From: Eledone cirrhosa
Taxonomy: Eukaryota
Direction of reading: 5' to 3'
DNA length: 64,000 nt
NCBI GenBank assembly: GCA_964016885.1
Contig: OZ024741.1
Coordinates: 80,662,001 to 80,726,000 of the forward strand
Shown here: piece by piece, positions 1-13,789 of the stretch
Layout: each line of letters begins with the position of its first letter
Numbering within the stretch: position 1 is the stretch's first letter
Notes under the pieces: model-generated
Told to the model about the DNA's origin: nothing
Seen by the model: only the letters and a program-made list of their open reading frames with translations
Database searches by the model: none
Translations under genes and position numbers: made by a program

Positions 1-291
1 CATTCTTCTAGGAGAAGGCAACTAAGGGAACTGGGATAACTCCGATATAAAAGCTGTGGCTCAGTAGTTACCGATGATGTTGATCTTTTCTTCTGTTCGG
101 GTTATAGCTATTGTCGCTCAGAGAGTGGGATTGGCTCCGTGCACAGTCTTTCCTTACTTTAAAAAATATCTTCACGCACAGGCATTGCACGATAGAATTA
201 ATTAATAATTATTTATAATGGTATATCGTGCAATGGCCTTACTCGATAATGAGGGGGCAGCCATCATTTATATATATATATATATATATAT

Positions 292-750
292 ATCTTCAGT
301 GTTGTATTTGTGCCAACCCTTACCTATGGTCATGGATCTTGAGTAATGACTGAAAGAATATGATCGCAAGTACAAACGGATGAAATGGGGTTCCTCCAAA
401 GAGTCTTTGGAGTAACTCGATAGAGTGCATAGCTCAGAGATCAGAGAGTCACTCCAGGTAGAACTGCTACATCTCCAAATTGAGAGATCACAGCTTCGAT
501 ACTATGGGCATGTGGTTACAATGTCTCAGGAAAGAATCGTTGGACAGATTTTAGGGGCAAAACCAACAGGCAGAAGACTCAGGGATAGATCCTGAGGAAA
601 ATGGTTGGATAACATCCATGAGCTTGGCTAGTCTTGCTTGGGGATCTAACCAGATCAGTTGGAGAGAGTTGCTTCTGACAGGACCTGCTGGAAGAAGTGT
701 TTGAGGACTCTGCCCCTATGACCCTCTCAGGAATAAGTGGGTAAAGAAGA
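292..750 (+). mobile_element. Decayed 3' fragment of an RTE-clade LINE (RT C-terminal region)
   Basis: Conceptual translation FSVVFVPTLTYGHGS*VMTERI*SQVQTDEMGFLQRV...LRYYGHVVTM resembles RTE ORF C-termini. It has stops and frameshifts. Homologous copies lie at 17765-18470 (-) and 35783-36215 (+). Confidence 0.75.
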
Positions 751-1377
751 TCTGTCTATGTACATATGTATGGTATATATGTTTGTGAGAGTATGTTGTT
801 TGTATTAAAATATGAACGTTTTTATGATTTTATTCTGAAATTGAGATTTCAAATTGAAATGAAGTGGTTTTCTGTTATTATCTGATTGATGTTAATCTTA
901 ATGGAAATTAATATTTAAAAAAATATTTAATCGTATTTTAGCTTAAATATTTTTTTTAACATTTTGCTTTCTAAAAATGAAGTGATGATAGGTTGAGATG
1001 GTTGCTGACACCTCTCACTTGCAATTTATCTTTTGATTCCAGCAAGAATAAAAATCTGTTGGACTATCCTCCTCACTGTGAGAAACAAATGTGGTTATGA
1101 TAATACTTGGAGGAAATTTAGTTGTTAGTGTTAAAAATGTTGTACAAAGGAGCCAAAAGACTCAGTCATTGATATCAAGGCTGATGATAATGCTGATGAT
1201 CCTAGGGAACATCACCCTTCAAGAACTCTAAAAAGCAAACCTCCTAGGAACAGCACATTTACTACAGAGGGAGCTGTCCTTAAAGTAACATCATACATCA
1301 CCTCATTGTTTGAACTTAGTGATATGAGATGAAAACAAGAGAGTCAAAAACAATAATAGAAATGATAATAATAATAA

Positions 1378-1567
1378 TAATTGTTTCTACTTTTGGCATA
1401 AGGCCAGCAATTATCCAGTACATTACTGGTACTTTATTTTATCGACCCCGTAAGGATGAAAGGCAAAGTTAACCTTGGTGCGATTTGAACTCAGAATGAC
1501 AAGGGGCGTAACTCTATGCGTCAAAGCATAGTGTCCGACCCTCTACCGATACTGCCAATCCACCGCC
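1378..1567 (-). mobile_element. tRNA-derived SINE (young family, ~190 bp)
   Basis: The reverse complement has a B-box-like GAGTTCAAAT, a central GCCTTTCATCCTTACGGGGTCGATAAAATAAAGTACCAG and an (ATT)n tail. Near-identical copies lie at 48162, 50927 and 62119. Confidence 0.8.
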
Positions 1568-1599
1568 AATAATAATAATAATAAGCATAATGCTTTCTT

Positions 1600-2889
1600 T
1601 TTTTTTTCTTTCTCTATTAACCACAAGGGTTGACACAAAGTATAACATTAAGGACAATACAAATAGGCATTTCTGCATGTAAAAAAACCAAAAACAGAGT
1701 ATGTGACAAAAAAAAAAGAAACAATGAAAAAAATCCCCCAATAGCGGGGAGACCTCCGAGGATCGCTCATAGAGAAAGCCCATAAGAAAAGCCATGGTTA
1801 CCCTGACCACTAGGGCAAATGCCCTCTTCCAGTTTTCCTCCTACGATGCTACAGGCACACACTCAGAGTAGGCTGATTCACACGGGCCATTCTTGCCTCT
1901 CTCACCTACCTTTCAACAAACTGGCTGGAAGTCAGCACTTCCCTCTCCACTTTGATTTTCCTCTTCAGGTGAAACCTGAAAACGTTAATGAGAGCGTCAC
2001 CGAAGAGGAAAGTACCCGTCTTCAACCCTTTCAGACGTGTCCACCATACAATCTCTTTTACCATGGCCACCAGGCAGATAAAACTGCCTGCCCTTCTCGA
2101 CTAAAGGAAGGCGGTGGGGAAATTCTCACGATGGATTCAGCTGATAGCTCGATCTGTTCTACACGTGACAGCAGGTGTTTGGCATAAACCCACAAGTCAG
2201 CAATGCTTGGACACTGGATGAGTGCATGCAGGATGGTTTCATCACCCTGCGCACATCTCGGACAAGCCTGGCTGACGACACTTCCATGACTATAGAGTTT
2301 ATCCCGAACTGGCAAGGCTCAGAGTTTATCCCGAACTAGCAAGGCTCCTGGGTAGCACTGCTAGGCCAGGGATTTCTGGAAGTTGTTCATGGGCCCCGGC
2401 CCGAAAGTTCTCCCGAAGAGATTGGCTAGTTGGTTTTCGTTGATGCTTAGAGTCTCCCCAAGGACATCGTCGCTCTTTCTCTCCACTGACCCTCTATAGA
2501 ACGCCAAGGTGGAGTTTCCAGCGATCGTATTGCCTGACTGGTCGAGGGCTGTAAGCGCCTGAAGACATTCTAGTTTCCAAGTGCTCCTTCTTGGTCTTCG
2601 CTTGACCCAGGACTGCAGCTCCGTCAAGGAGACGAGCTGGGGAAACGTGTCTAGCAAAGGGCGACCACACCTGATCACTGTTGAGGAAGAGGTGGAGATG
2701 TCATAGCCTGAGCGCATGTCTGCGCATCATCAGCCACGGCATGCCCAGCTCTCCGCGTAGTGGGTATTGATAGCAGATGGACCGTCTGACCATCGGAGCA
2801 CGTTCCTTCCATAAAAAGCGAAAGAGCAAACGCTCTAGTGCAGTCAGGCGAGGCTTAGGACAGGCACAACGGTCAGTAAAGGTACCCAA
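1600..2889 (-). pseudogene. Old, fragmented 3' portion of a Tx1/L1-clade LINE related to 24870-28227
   Basis: ORF fragments 2701-2889, 2361-2717 and 2058-2315 align with the C-terminus of the 1037-aa ORF (LFRFLWK, GLGMPWL, LVSLTELQSWVK, CPRC...HALIQC). The 3' end CCCTTGTGGTTAATAGAGAA matches CCCCTGTGGCTAATAAAGAA of the young copy. There is a short internal duplication at ~2294-2347. Confidence 0.9.
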
Positions 2890-4691
2890 GAAATAGGTGG
2901 TGGTTTTAAACTGGTTGACAAATTAACCTTGTTGATACCAATCCCCACTGAAGCCACTCTAGGTTCTACAATACAAATATCTCTAATTTAAATTGTATAT
3001 CATCATTATATTTACTTTTCTAATCTGGCATGGGTTGGTTTCAGATAGTGCTTTACAGCCAAATGCTCTTCCTGACACCAACACATTTAGTTGCTTCTTT
3101 GACATGCAGGGGTAAAGTGGATGTATTCTAAAAAGTGGAATATATTGCCTGGATACACACATATATTTATTTTAAAACATTCCTTCATAGTATTATGTAA
3201 AAAAAAACAAAAAACGTTATGTTCGAAACACCATCATAATAATGATTATTTTCAAAATGATTTGAAAATCTTAGGCAGTATTTTTCATCAGAAATATGGA
3301 AATGAAAGGGTTATTAAGTTTACCACTCAAGTAGGCCCTATCAGGATTTGAAATCAAAATGCAAAGAGCTGGAACAAATACTGCAAAACTCTAACAATTA
3401 CACCAATCTACTGTTGTGGACTGATACTTTATTTTATTGACCCAGAAAGGATGAAAGGCAAAGTTGACTTCAGTGGGATTTGAACTCAGAGCACATACAA
3501 CCAGAAAAAATACTGCAAAGTATTTTCCCCTATGCTCTAATGACTCTGCCGACTTAAAAAATAGATATAGAATCTTTCAGATGATAATAAGGATTTGTTT
3601 CGACTGAATTTTTATAGAATAATTGTAATTAACTAAATCATTTTCATAAAAATTATTTTATTCTTTTATCACTTCTGAAAAACAAAGTTTGTATTTGCAG
3701 GATTTGAACCCAGAATAATATTTTCAAGTAACTAAGCTTAGCTCACTACCATCTAAGTTGATTGCTCTTTCTCTAATGGTTTTTAAGGCTTGATGATTAT
3801 CTACAGTGTCAAATTTGGTGAAATATGGTTATTTGAATCAACAAAGTTGACCCTAGTGAAAGTGTGTGGCCTAGTGATTAGGTTGGTGGGGTCATGATCA
3901 TAAGGTCATGTGTTCGATTCCCAGACCAGGTGGTGCAATGTGTCTTTAATCAAGGCACTTCATTTCACATTGATCCACTGAAATTATGTACGACCAGCAA
4001 CAACTAAGAGGTTAATCTTGCAAAAATTATGCAATGTGATGTTTGAACTCTTTGTATCATTATTTTCTTAACACAGAGCATCACTAGTTTCTTTGGATTG
4101 GATTGTTTTACTATATAGATATATATCATACATCAGTTTAGGCTGGGATCATGTTGTCCATACAGTTTGTATGTATTGTGTGATGTGATTGTCTGATTAT
4201 AGTGCATCCATGCTAGCGTGGAAGATGGACGTTAAACGATGATGATGATGATGATATTTAAACATCTTGAGAGGTTTTTTTCTTACTTATTTGGTGAGTG
4301 CTGAACTGTGAAAGGTTTACTAAGTGAAATGTTTGACACACATATTCAACAAATATTTCCTAGCTAAGTAATTGGTGTTTCGATTGCATATATGATGCTC
4401 TCCAGCCTCTGGCCCACAAATGTACTGTCTCTTCCATTTGTCTTTTCTACTATTACAATGATGGTCTCTGCTTCTTAAAGATTGCTGGTCTTGCACTCCC
4501 TTGTCTCCTCTCCACTTATCATCTATGTTGTGTCCATTCACTCAAGCTTCTCACTCACCACAATGCACAGTCATTCTTGCTCAGAACTTCGACTCTTTGA
4601 AACTCCCTTTATGCTCATGTTTTTCCAAAAGGAGTGGAGTTGCAATAATTTAAGTGGAATATTAACTATATCAATCTCTCTAGTCTTGGAG

Positions 4692-5115
4692 AGCCTGTGA
4701 AGTCCATGAGCACTGGTCTTTGCTCTAGATAACACCTCAGGCCTCTGAAGTCCATAAACATTGGCCTTTGCCCCAGATAATAACCCAGGACTGTGAAGGC
4801 CATGAACACAGGCCTTGACTCTAGATAATCCCCCCCCCCCCGATCTGTGAAGGCCATGGGCACTATTCTTTCCTCCTGATAACTCCAGACCTGTGAAGGC
4901 CATAAGCACTGAATCTTCCTCCTGATAACACCCCCAGGCATGTGAAGGCCATGAGCACTATTCTTTCCTCCTGATAATAACCCCAGAGCTGTGAAGGCCA
5001 TAGGCACTGCATCTTCCTCCTGATAACACCCCCAGGCCTGTGAAGGCAATGGGCACTACTCCTTCCTCCTGTAATATCCTAGCCTGTGAAAGCTATGAGT
5101 ACTGTACCTTCCTCC
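4692..5115. repeat. Minisatellite, ~49-bp unit, ~9 diverged copies
   Basis: CTGTGAAGGCCAT(G/A)..CACT...CTTCCTCCTGATAAC.CCCCAG recurs at ~46-54 bp spacing. Confidence 0.9.
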
Positions 5116-5811
5116 AAACTTACCAAGTATAAATACAATTATGTAATTGATATCTTTATTTCACATCAATGTAACATAGTAACACTGAAGAATAAAACTT
5201 GTTTCTAAGAGCTTCTCCTAACTCATATTAAATCTATCTTACTATCTTCTACATATCACAACTCTTCATCTATTAAACATCATCCATTTTCATTGCAGCT
5301 GAATTGGCTTCCCATTTGAAATTTTTCAGTTATATTTTTATATTTAACTTCTTGCTGAAACTCTCACTTAGACACAGATTATCAATTTCATTTCTAGTGC
5401 TTCATTCACAACATTTTCAGTTTTTTAATATCTTTCACCTTTAGTGTTTGTATTTCTCTACTATACAGTAAAAACACAATTCACACTTACCTACAATAGG
5501 ACTATTCTTTTCATCATTATTGTTTTTATGTCTACTTTCCATTCTAGCATGGGTTGGATGGAATATTTGAGGCAGGTTATTTTATGGCTGGATACTTTTC
5601 TTGATGCCAGCATATACTATATATATATATATGGTATATACTGCTCATCTTAATTGAATCATTATACTGTCCAACCTAAACAAATGACACTGCTTACTTT
5701 AAGCACTGTCTATGGGAAGACATGTGGCAAACTGACATACATACATACGTATACACACGCGTGCACGCACACACACATATATATGTAAGTTTGTATGTGT
5801 ATATATATGTG

Positions 5812-5861
<50 letters not shown>

Positions 5862-8366
5862 CATGCATATGTGTGTGTATATATATATATATATATACGG
5901 GGTAACAAATAATAGTTAAATGCAGTCCACTTAGGTGTAGTCCAGTTATGGTATTCCGGGTAGATATATATATATATATATATATAGTTACTTGAGTGTG
6001 ATTTCACACTTGAGGTAATTTATATATTTTAATACATAGTATTAGCAGTACACTAGAACAAATCAGGCTTGAAAAAGTGTGACTTATTTACCAGATCTTG
6101 CTCTTATGTATGGGGTCAAAGGTTGAAACTCAAATAATACAAACACGAAGGGGTGTGATTTATCTACCAAACCTTCCTTTTATTTATTGGTCAAAGGTTG
6201 AAGTTAAAATATAAAGAGAAAGTGGGTACAACTCATCTACTGCTGTAATGTATATATAAGTATATATGGTATATTTTGAACTGCTAGATTGTCCAGTGTA
6301 AGGAAATGAAAATATAGTATATCAATCAAACTGATACTCTTTTCTGAATGAAAGAAGGAAGGTTACTTGTTTCTAATTAATCAGAGAGATTGTGTGTATA
6401 GCAATAATGTTAATAAGTTTATCAGTCATTATCCTCATTTGGAAAGAGGACTTTTTACACTTTCATCAATATTATTTTAGTCAATAATAGACAAGCAGCC
6501 TACTGTAAGTTTGGTGTAAACCTCAGGCAGTTATATGTCTACCTCTCCACCTATTTTGTGCAGTAAAGAAAAATTTCAAAACAGTTGAAGCAGCAGCTGC
6601 TGCTGTTCTAATAATACAATTGTTGCTGCTGCTGCATCGTGTGTGTATGTGTGTGTTTTCATGTGTGTGTGTGTACGTGAGATTGAAGGGAAGGGAGAGA
6701 AAAACAGCGAGAGAGAGAGAAAGAGAAATGGAGTGAGTTCTCTGTTCAAGCACTGCTGCTGCTGCTGCTACTGCTGCAGTTGCTGTGTCTGTTGTGGCAC
6801 TTTCTCTATGTTGAGAACATTATCTCGTGTTCCTAAGTATCAGTACTACAGAATGGTTTATTTATGCATTTCATTTTTCTTTTAAGTCTTCTTTTGTACT
6901 GTACTGGACTGTACCGGACTGGACTGCATATTAAAATGCAATTCTATTTAATGACACGTTACTATGAGAATGGAACTAGCAGACGAACACAGAGCTGGAA
7001 ATGTTGATACCTATAAGTGCTCTTAAGCAATGGCCATGGATGTATATTCTTACTTCACAGTATATCCTAGGACAGGATATACAGCAGCAACAAAATGAAG
7101 TGCACAGTTTACTCTCATCATAAACACTGATACAGAGTATTTGAGCATTTATGCAATTAAACACAATTTTTTTTTCACAAAACAATTTGAAAGTATAACT
7201 GGATAATAGTACTACTACTAATAATAATAACAACACCCCAAGACTGTTTTATATAGTTGATGATGACTTTCCTATCTGGTTCTTGCTTATGATGGTGTGC
7301 CTTATTTTCAATTGATGTGATATTTCCTAAAGATCTGTATATTTAACTGGTCCATTTATATTTTGTTTCGTTTAGCTTGTGGTTTTTACGAAAAAAAAAA
7401 AAAAAATTCTAAAGATATATTTTGTTTGCAAAGCATGCATTGTAAAGCAATGTATGTACTTCTGGTTGTGTTTTCTCTCCCAAATGTGAATTAGTGTACT
7501 TAAACAGGTGTAGCTGCTAAGATATAATATTACTACATGATAGCTTCTGCTACTTTTTATATGTATTATTTCTTAATAATGATACTGTAACAGTGAAATC
7601 AGTGCAGCTGTTGTGTTTTCTGTTGGAAACACTTTCACTTTACAATTCAAATCAAACCACTGTAATATCCAAGTCAAAATATTATTGCTACAAACGATAC
7701 ATAAAACAATTGTTTCATATATATATATATATATATCTGCAGGTGTTATAGCCTATATGCTTTGATGTAAAGTTTTCTTTCATCTATAAGTTCTTTTTTT
7801 AATTTTTATTAATAGTTAAAGAAAGCCATAAAGTACTTTAAGTCCTCTCATCTTGTAATTTAGTGAAAACTAGACTAATAAGTAATTATTTTAGACATAT
7901 TTCTAATGAATATATAAAAATGTGCTAGGAAATATCCTTGACTGTGTGAAAAAACTTAGTGTGTTCTCTGACAGAAACAAACTTTCATAATATCTTGTAA
8001 ATGAAATATTCATTAAATCCTTAAATTATAAAAAGTAAGAAAGGAAAAAAAGCCACTGCAATTGTTTGGATACAAACCAGTAATATTGCTTAGTGTTGGT
8101 GATTTTTGAATGGGTGTATAATATTTTCCTCCTTGTGCATCACAAAACTTCTTAATTAATAGGGCTGGTTTCACTTGGATTTCTAGAATATATCATTAAA
8201 ATTAGATTTAAAAAGATTTTTCAACATGAATACCTATCCACTACACTGGATTATTAATATACGATGAACATAATCTAAAATGCATATATTGCATCTCACT
8301 ATTTAACTTGTAATGTTTCACCAGAGGATGTAAATGTCCACTTACAGCTCACCCAAGATAAACAGC

Positions 8367-8387
8367 ATGAGGGTCACATATCGGCGG
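8367..8387 (+). CDS. Candidate short first coding segment (MRVTYRR) ending at a strong splice donor
   Basis: ATG AGG GTC ACA TAT CGG CGG|GTAAGT is a phase-0 consensus donor. It lies at the end of a transposon-poor stretch (~6500-8390) containing (GA)n and (CTG)n, which looks like a promoter or 5' UTR. Confidence 0.3.
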
Positions 8388-11300
8388 GTAAGTAAATATA
8401 ATGGGACAAAACCATATTTCGTTATATAATTACAACACTTAGCAAACATTTCAAAGCATTTGAAGTATATCTTTATTTGTGTTTCATATTATTTTGGGCA
8501 GTTTATATTCATTCATCATTTGAAATGAATGGAGGTATTTTCAAAAGCTACTATTATTATCCTCATTGTTATTATACTTATGTGGATTGACAAAATCATT
8601 AGCGAGTTGGAAAAAATGATTTGGGGCATTTACTTATGGCTCTTTATATTCTGAGTTTGATTCCCACTGGTAAATTTTGCCATTCATCCTTCTAAGGTTG
8701 ATAAAATAAAGTACCATTCAAGTAATGGGGTTGGGATGGAGGGGTCAGTGCAATCTGAAGCAATTATTGTTTATCTTCAATTACTATGTGTGATAATTTT
8801 GAAAATTTGGCAGTAGAATAAAGCAAATAAATAAAGTGTTTATTACTTCTTTTGGTAAATGTCTCTATTTCATTGAAGGTAAAAATATATTTTAAAATCT
8901 TCAGTGAAAAATATTTCTCATAAACTATTCACAGTTGTCATTTATTGAAGTTGATACCTTTTGTAATTCTCATCATATGAGCATTATTGGCCTCTTTCAG
9001 AGGGATTAAAATATATAACTTTATTTTCTGAATTGAGATGAAAAATCAATAAGAATATCATTTTAATTATGTTTGAAGCTATATTTTGTTGCACCACTTT
9101 TTGATCTGTATTTTTATCTGAAGTACGCATCTATTTTGTTTGGGGAACTAGATTACACCACAGTTCTGTTTGTAATTATTCAACCTAGTTCATTATTTAT
9201 ATAAAATAAAGGTGGTGGTGGATTGGCAGTATTATTAGAGTGTTGGACAAAATGATTTGCTATATTTAATTACAACTTTCTACGTTTCTAGTTCAAATCT
9301 CACTGAGACCAATTTTGCCTTTCATCCTTCAGGGGTCGATAAAATAATGTACTAGTTAAGTACTGGAGTTGATATAATTGACTTTCTCCTTCCCCAAATT
9401 GTTGTCCTCATGCCATTGTTAGAAAGAATTATTTATATAAACTACATAGTTCAATGTGTAGTTAATCAACAAAAGTTATGTATAAGGTTGCTGTATTCTG
9501 TTTGTTTGTATGAAATTCGTTTTATAATTTATAAATATTTATCTTAAGAAAATATTCACTGAAGATACTATTTATTAAAGGAGATAGGAAATCCAGTATA
9601 GACAACAATCACGACGTATATTGTTGATGTTTATGAATTATGTCATTCATATCACAGAGAATCTTACTTGTACTATTTAGCTCACTATTGATAATTTTCC
9701 TTTGGAGAACTTCATATATATAGATCTTTCACAGAAGAAAATACATATTATTGATGTTACTAATGTTTTGAAGTGATTTAGATAAATCTTTTACCCATTG
9801 ATTCAGAATTACAGCAATATCTACATCTTCTATTTCTACCTTTATATCTCTGCCAAACTTGGGTCAGTCAGTTATAGTTTTCCACCCCCATCTTTTGTTG
9901 TACCATTATACTACTAGCTTTCTTTCTATGCTATAATCTAGCATTTTAGTAAATGACCTCTATTTATTGATTTTCTTCCAACTTACATTGGTATTTATTT
10001 TGCTTTTAGAAGACATAAATTTATAAATATCTTTTTTTTCTTTCAGTCATTCATTCTCAAGAATTAAATTTGTTCGTTTCTCCACGTACTTATTACAAAG
10101 TTTTATGTTGAAGCATCCTGTCATTTTATCTAGTGATGTGTGTATTGTTTATCTTTCTTGAAATTTAAAGGTATTTCCATATAGTCTTACACTGACTATA
10201 AAATATTGATTTCTTACATGGTCACAAGGCCTCTCATCTAAAGGGAAGCAAAAGTAAGATTATGTAATGTTCATGCCTTCCTTGAGAACATCAATAAAGA
10301 GAAGCCCATTAAGAAAATTTAGGTTGTTGTATAAAATACGAACATTATTGAGGTAAAAATAAATATTTAGAGAAATAAAAGGCGTACTTATTCTATGTAA
10401 TTAAGGGGTAGTGAATTATTAAAAAAACTTTATTAGAAATCTATTTTTCTCACATTACTAGCAGTAGTTGTCTCACTAAGCCTTAACTATATGATGGTTT
10501 GTCAGCTACCACTGACAGATTCTGGTTATACAAATCTATTTGCTGTACACTGATTGAGCCATCCTGTCTGTTTCTATTGTGGCAAACAACAAATCCTTCA
10601 GCTATAAACATGCCTGCTAGATTAGCAACCAAAATTTTCCTTAAATAACATTTGACTACCTTAAAAAATAGCAGGATGCATTGAATAATGCCCCCCACCC
10701 ACCCTACAACCCTGGATATACATACTGTAAAAAAAAGATAGGATTTACACAGTTGGAACAGTTTTTGTCATAAGTCACTCTTGTGTAGTATACTGATTAG
10801 GATAGTATTAACATGTTCATCACTCCACACAATCAACAATTGCTTTATAGAATGTAGAGAATGATCCAAAACCTGGTTAAAATATAGTCTATCTGAACTG
10901 CTAGGCCTCTGGGTTACTTTCAGACATTTACTATGCTGTCTGTGTGTCATAAGCCAACTTGTGTAAACCTGAGTAGGACTATTTACTAACAACTTTATAA
11001 AGACTTTTATTATTGCTCTAAAATGTTGCTGTGTTTTGAAACAGTCAACAAAAAGAAAATGTAGACATGTCAGAGATTAATGTAGTTCATAGAAAAACAT
11101 TACATATTTGTGTTCTATTGTTGTTTTTATGGCCTAATAGTTAATGTGTTGGGCTCACAATTGCAATGTCATAGGTTCAATTCCTAGACCAGTTGGTATG
11201 TTGTAGTTTTGAGCAAAATATTTCATTTCACATTGTTCCAGTCTACTTAGCAGAAATGAGTTCCAACAGCAGTAGCAGCCGGGGGTTAAACCAATGATGG

Positions 11301-13789
11301 ACTGTCCAGGCTTGGGACATTCTTTAATCTGTTTTAAGACAAGATTAGAAGGGCAGTGCCCATGACTTTTTTCAGGGAGTCCAAGGCTGGCAGTAAAAAA
11401 GTATCTGGCATTCAGAAAACAAAGTACAATTCATGTGTTGGAGTTAATTCTTATAATGCATCCTAGATGCAACTAGAATATTTTAGAGGAAGAGATAAGA
11501 TTGACAAGGTGCAGATTGACAGTCTCTTAAACTCTAATTCAATTAAAAGTAAAATAATATGTATTTTACTATATAATGGATGACCAATTAATTTATAACA
11601 TTTATGTCCTGCTGCATTGCATATTCAATTAAAAATAAATTTATATTTGGTGCTCCATGAAGTTTTTCTCATGGAAGTTGTGGAATGTCCTTTCTGAAAA
11701 GTGTTTGCATTGCTGTTTATGTCACAAGATTTATGAGAAAAGGAAAAAAAAAAAGAATAACAGGAATATTTAATAAAACCAATTACATTTCAGATTTAAT
11801 TAAATCTAAGTTACACATTAAAAGAATAAAACTAGAAATGTCAGCATGTATCATTGATGAAAACCTGAGATAATGAATGATACTTCGATTTATAATCAGA
11901 ATGGAATTAATTATTTTTTAATATTATTTTATATCTGAGATGGGCCTGTATGTCTAGCATTTTCAATCCTTAGACTGAACGTCGGTGGTAATATTCAGTT
12001 TCTTGTATAAGCATGCTAACTACAAACTTACTGTTTTACTCAAACTAAACAGTATCAATGTGGGTAGATAAAAATTGCCCTTTCACTAATTTTCTGTTCA
12101 TAATCTTCATCTCAAGTCTTATCAATCTCCAGAATCAGATTAACCCTTTTGTTACCATATTTCTACTGTATTTGAATGAACTAATTACAAATTTGGTAGG
12201 ATTTATGAAAATTATTATTTCAATTTTAAGATGGTATTTGTAACATAACAAAAGGTTCTTATATAAAATTAGGTTGGAAAACTTTAAATAGGTAGTTTTT
12301 CCCCATTGAACCAAAAGTAGTCAGGTGGGTTGGTATCAATACAGTTAATTAATTTCTAAATTAATTTAAAGAAACCATTTATTTAATTTACACATTTATT
12401 TTCAAATTTTCAAATTCCTAAGCTTTGTTAACCAAACAGCATCCAAATTAAATTTAGCAAAGTAATTAAATTGGTTAAATGTCATTAAAATGATTCTTCC
12501 ACAGAATTAATATATTATCAGTACATTAGTGGTTAGGGTGTTGGGCTCATGATCATAAGGTCATGGTTTCAATTCTGGGATCAGACAGTGTGGAGTATTC
12601 TTTAGCAAAATGCTTCATTTCACATTGCTTTCATAAATATCTACCTGTACTCTCAGGCATTGCTCCTGCACTCTTCTGTAGAGAGCATCACACAGGTTGA
12701 TAACTATGATCTCAATTGACCCAAGTCATCCACTCCATGACATAGCTAAGGATTCTCAGCTACTAGACCAACATTGCTTGTCATCACGCTGTCCTTTCTT
12801 TCATAACGCAGCAAAGCTGTGAAACTCAAATTTTAACATGCTTCAGACATGGAGAGATAGCTGGTAACAGACATCTTGATTGGCCCAATTGAATGTCAGC
12901 CCCAGTACAGACCGTCTACCAGGTGCTAACTTCTCTTGGAGGGAGTGGGTGTTCCTGAATTCGTTACACACAGGTATCAGCTGATTCAATGCAGCCATGC
13001 ACCAATGGGGGCTGCAGCCATCAGCAGCTTTCCAGTGTGGTTCTTTAGAGCAGGTTGCCTTAGAGTGAGTGCCTGGATCTCCACCCATCTGAGAGTGTGG
13101 ACTTCACACACCCTAACCCCACTACTATGAACTGGTTGCAGTGCCTGGGGATGTCGCATGATTACTCTCTCATACTCTTACAAAAGAAATATAATTTTAC
13201 TGTGGTGCTTATTAAAACACCTGAGAAACCTCCTATGAGGTGCTACCTCATAAGAGGCCAGCTAAACCTGCATTGGTATGAGCTGTATATTTTTCATTTC
13301 ATCAGTACATTGGCTTAAACTTTACATGAATAAACTATTTTTAAACTTTGAAATTAATAAGCTCTATTGTAAGCAACTTTTTAGAATTACAGAGGGCTCA
13401 TCAGCCACACCAAATATATGATAACCTCTAGGATAAAATGCATCCAGTAGACTGTAAAGTGGTTGATGTTGAGATGGGCATTCAACCATAGAAACCCTGC
13501 CAAAAATGGAACATATTTAGTGAGACATGGTCTTTCACCCATATAGGAGGACAGTAGCTCCAATTAAGTACTGACCTAGTCTGTAATGAAGTGCATTACC
13601 CATGCCAACATGGAAATGGATGGATATAATGTGATGAAGATGATGATTTGTCATTTGATATGTTTTTAAATCACTCCTTGTGTTCCCCCTTCATTTATGT
13701 ATTTTACTCTTTTACCTGTTCCAGCCATCCGGCTGAGGCCATGCTGAATATTTTCTGTTCAGTTTTATTCCTAGTGTTGCAATGAGGTA

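Noticed and set aside
1043-1332. Possible exon after the TTTTGATTCCAG acceptor
   Set aside because: All frames from the acceptor hit stops early and there is no good donor.
3860-3935. tRNA-like sequences (also ~11128, ~12525, ~19560, ~46550)
   Set aside because: They are decayed tRNA-derived SINE heads continuing into SINE bodies, with no intact cloverleaf.
5699-6885. Short ORFs over (CA)n/(TA)n/(GA)n/(CTG)n repeats (also 43809-44262, 47276-47464)
   Set aside because: They are microsatellite translations with no coding signal.
11930-12000. CTGAGATGGG...CTGAACGTC resembling a degenerate Penelope HHR
   Set aside because: The core has deletions and the stems are not supportable.
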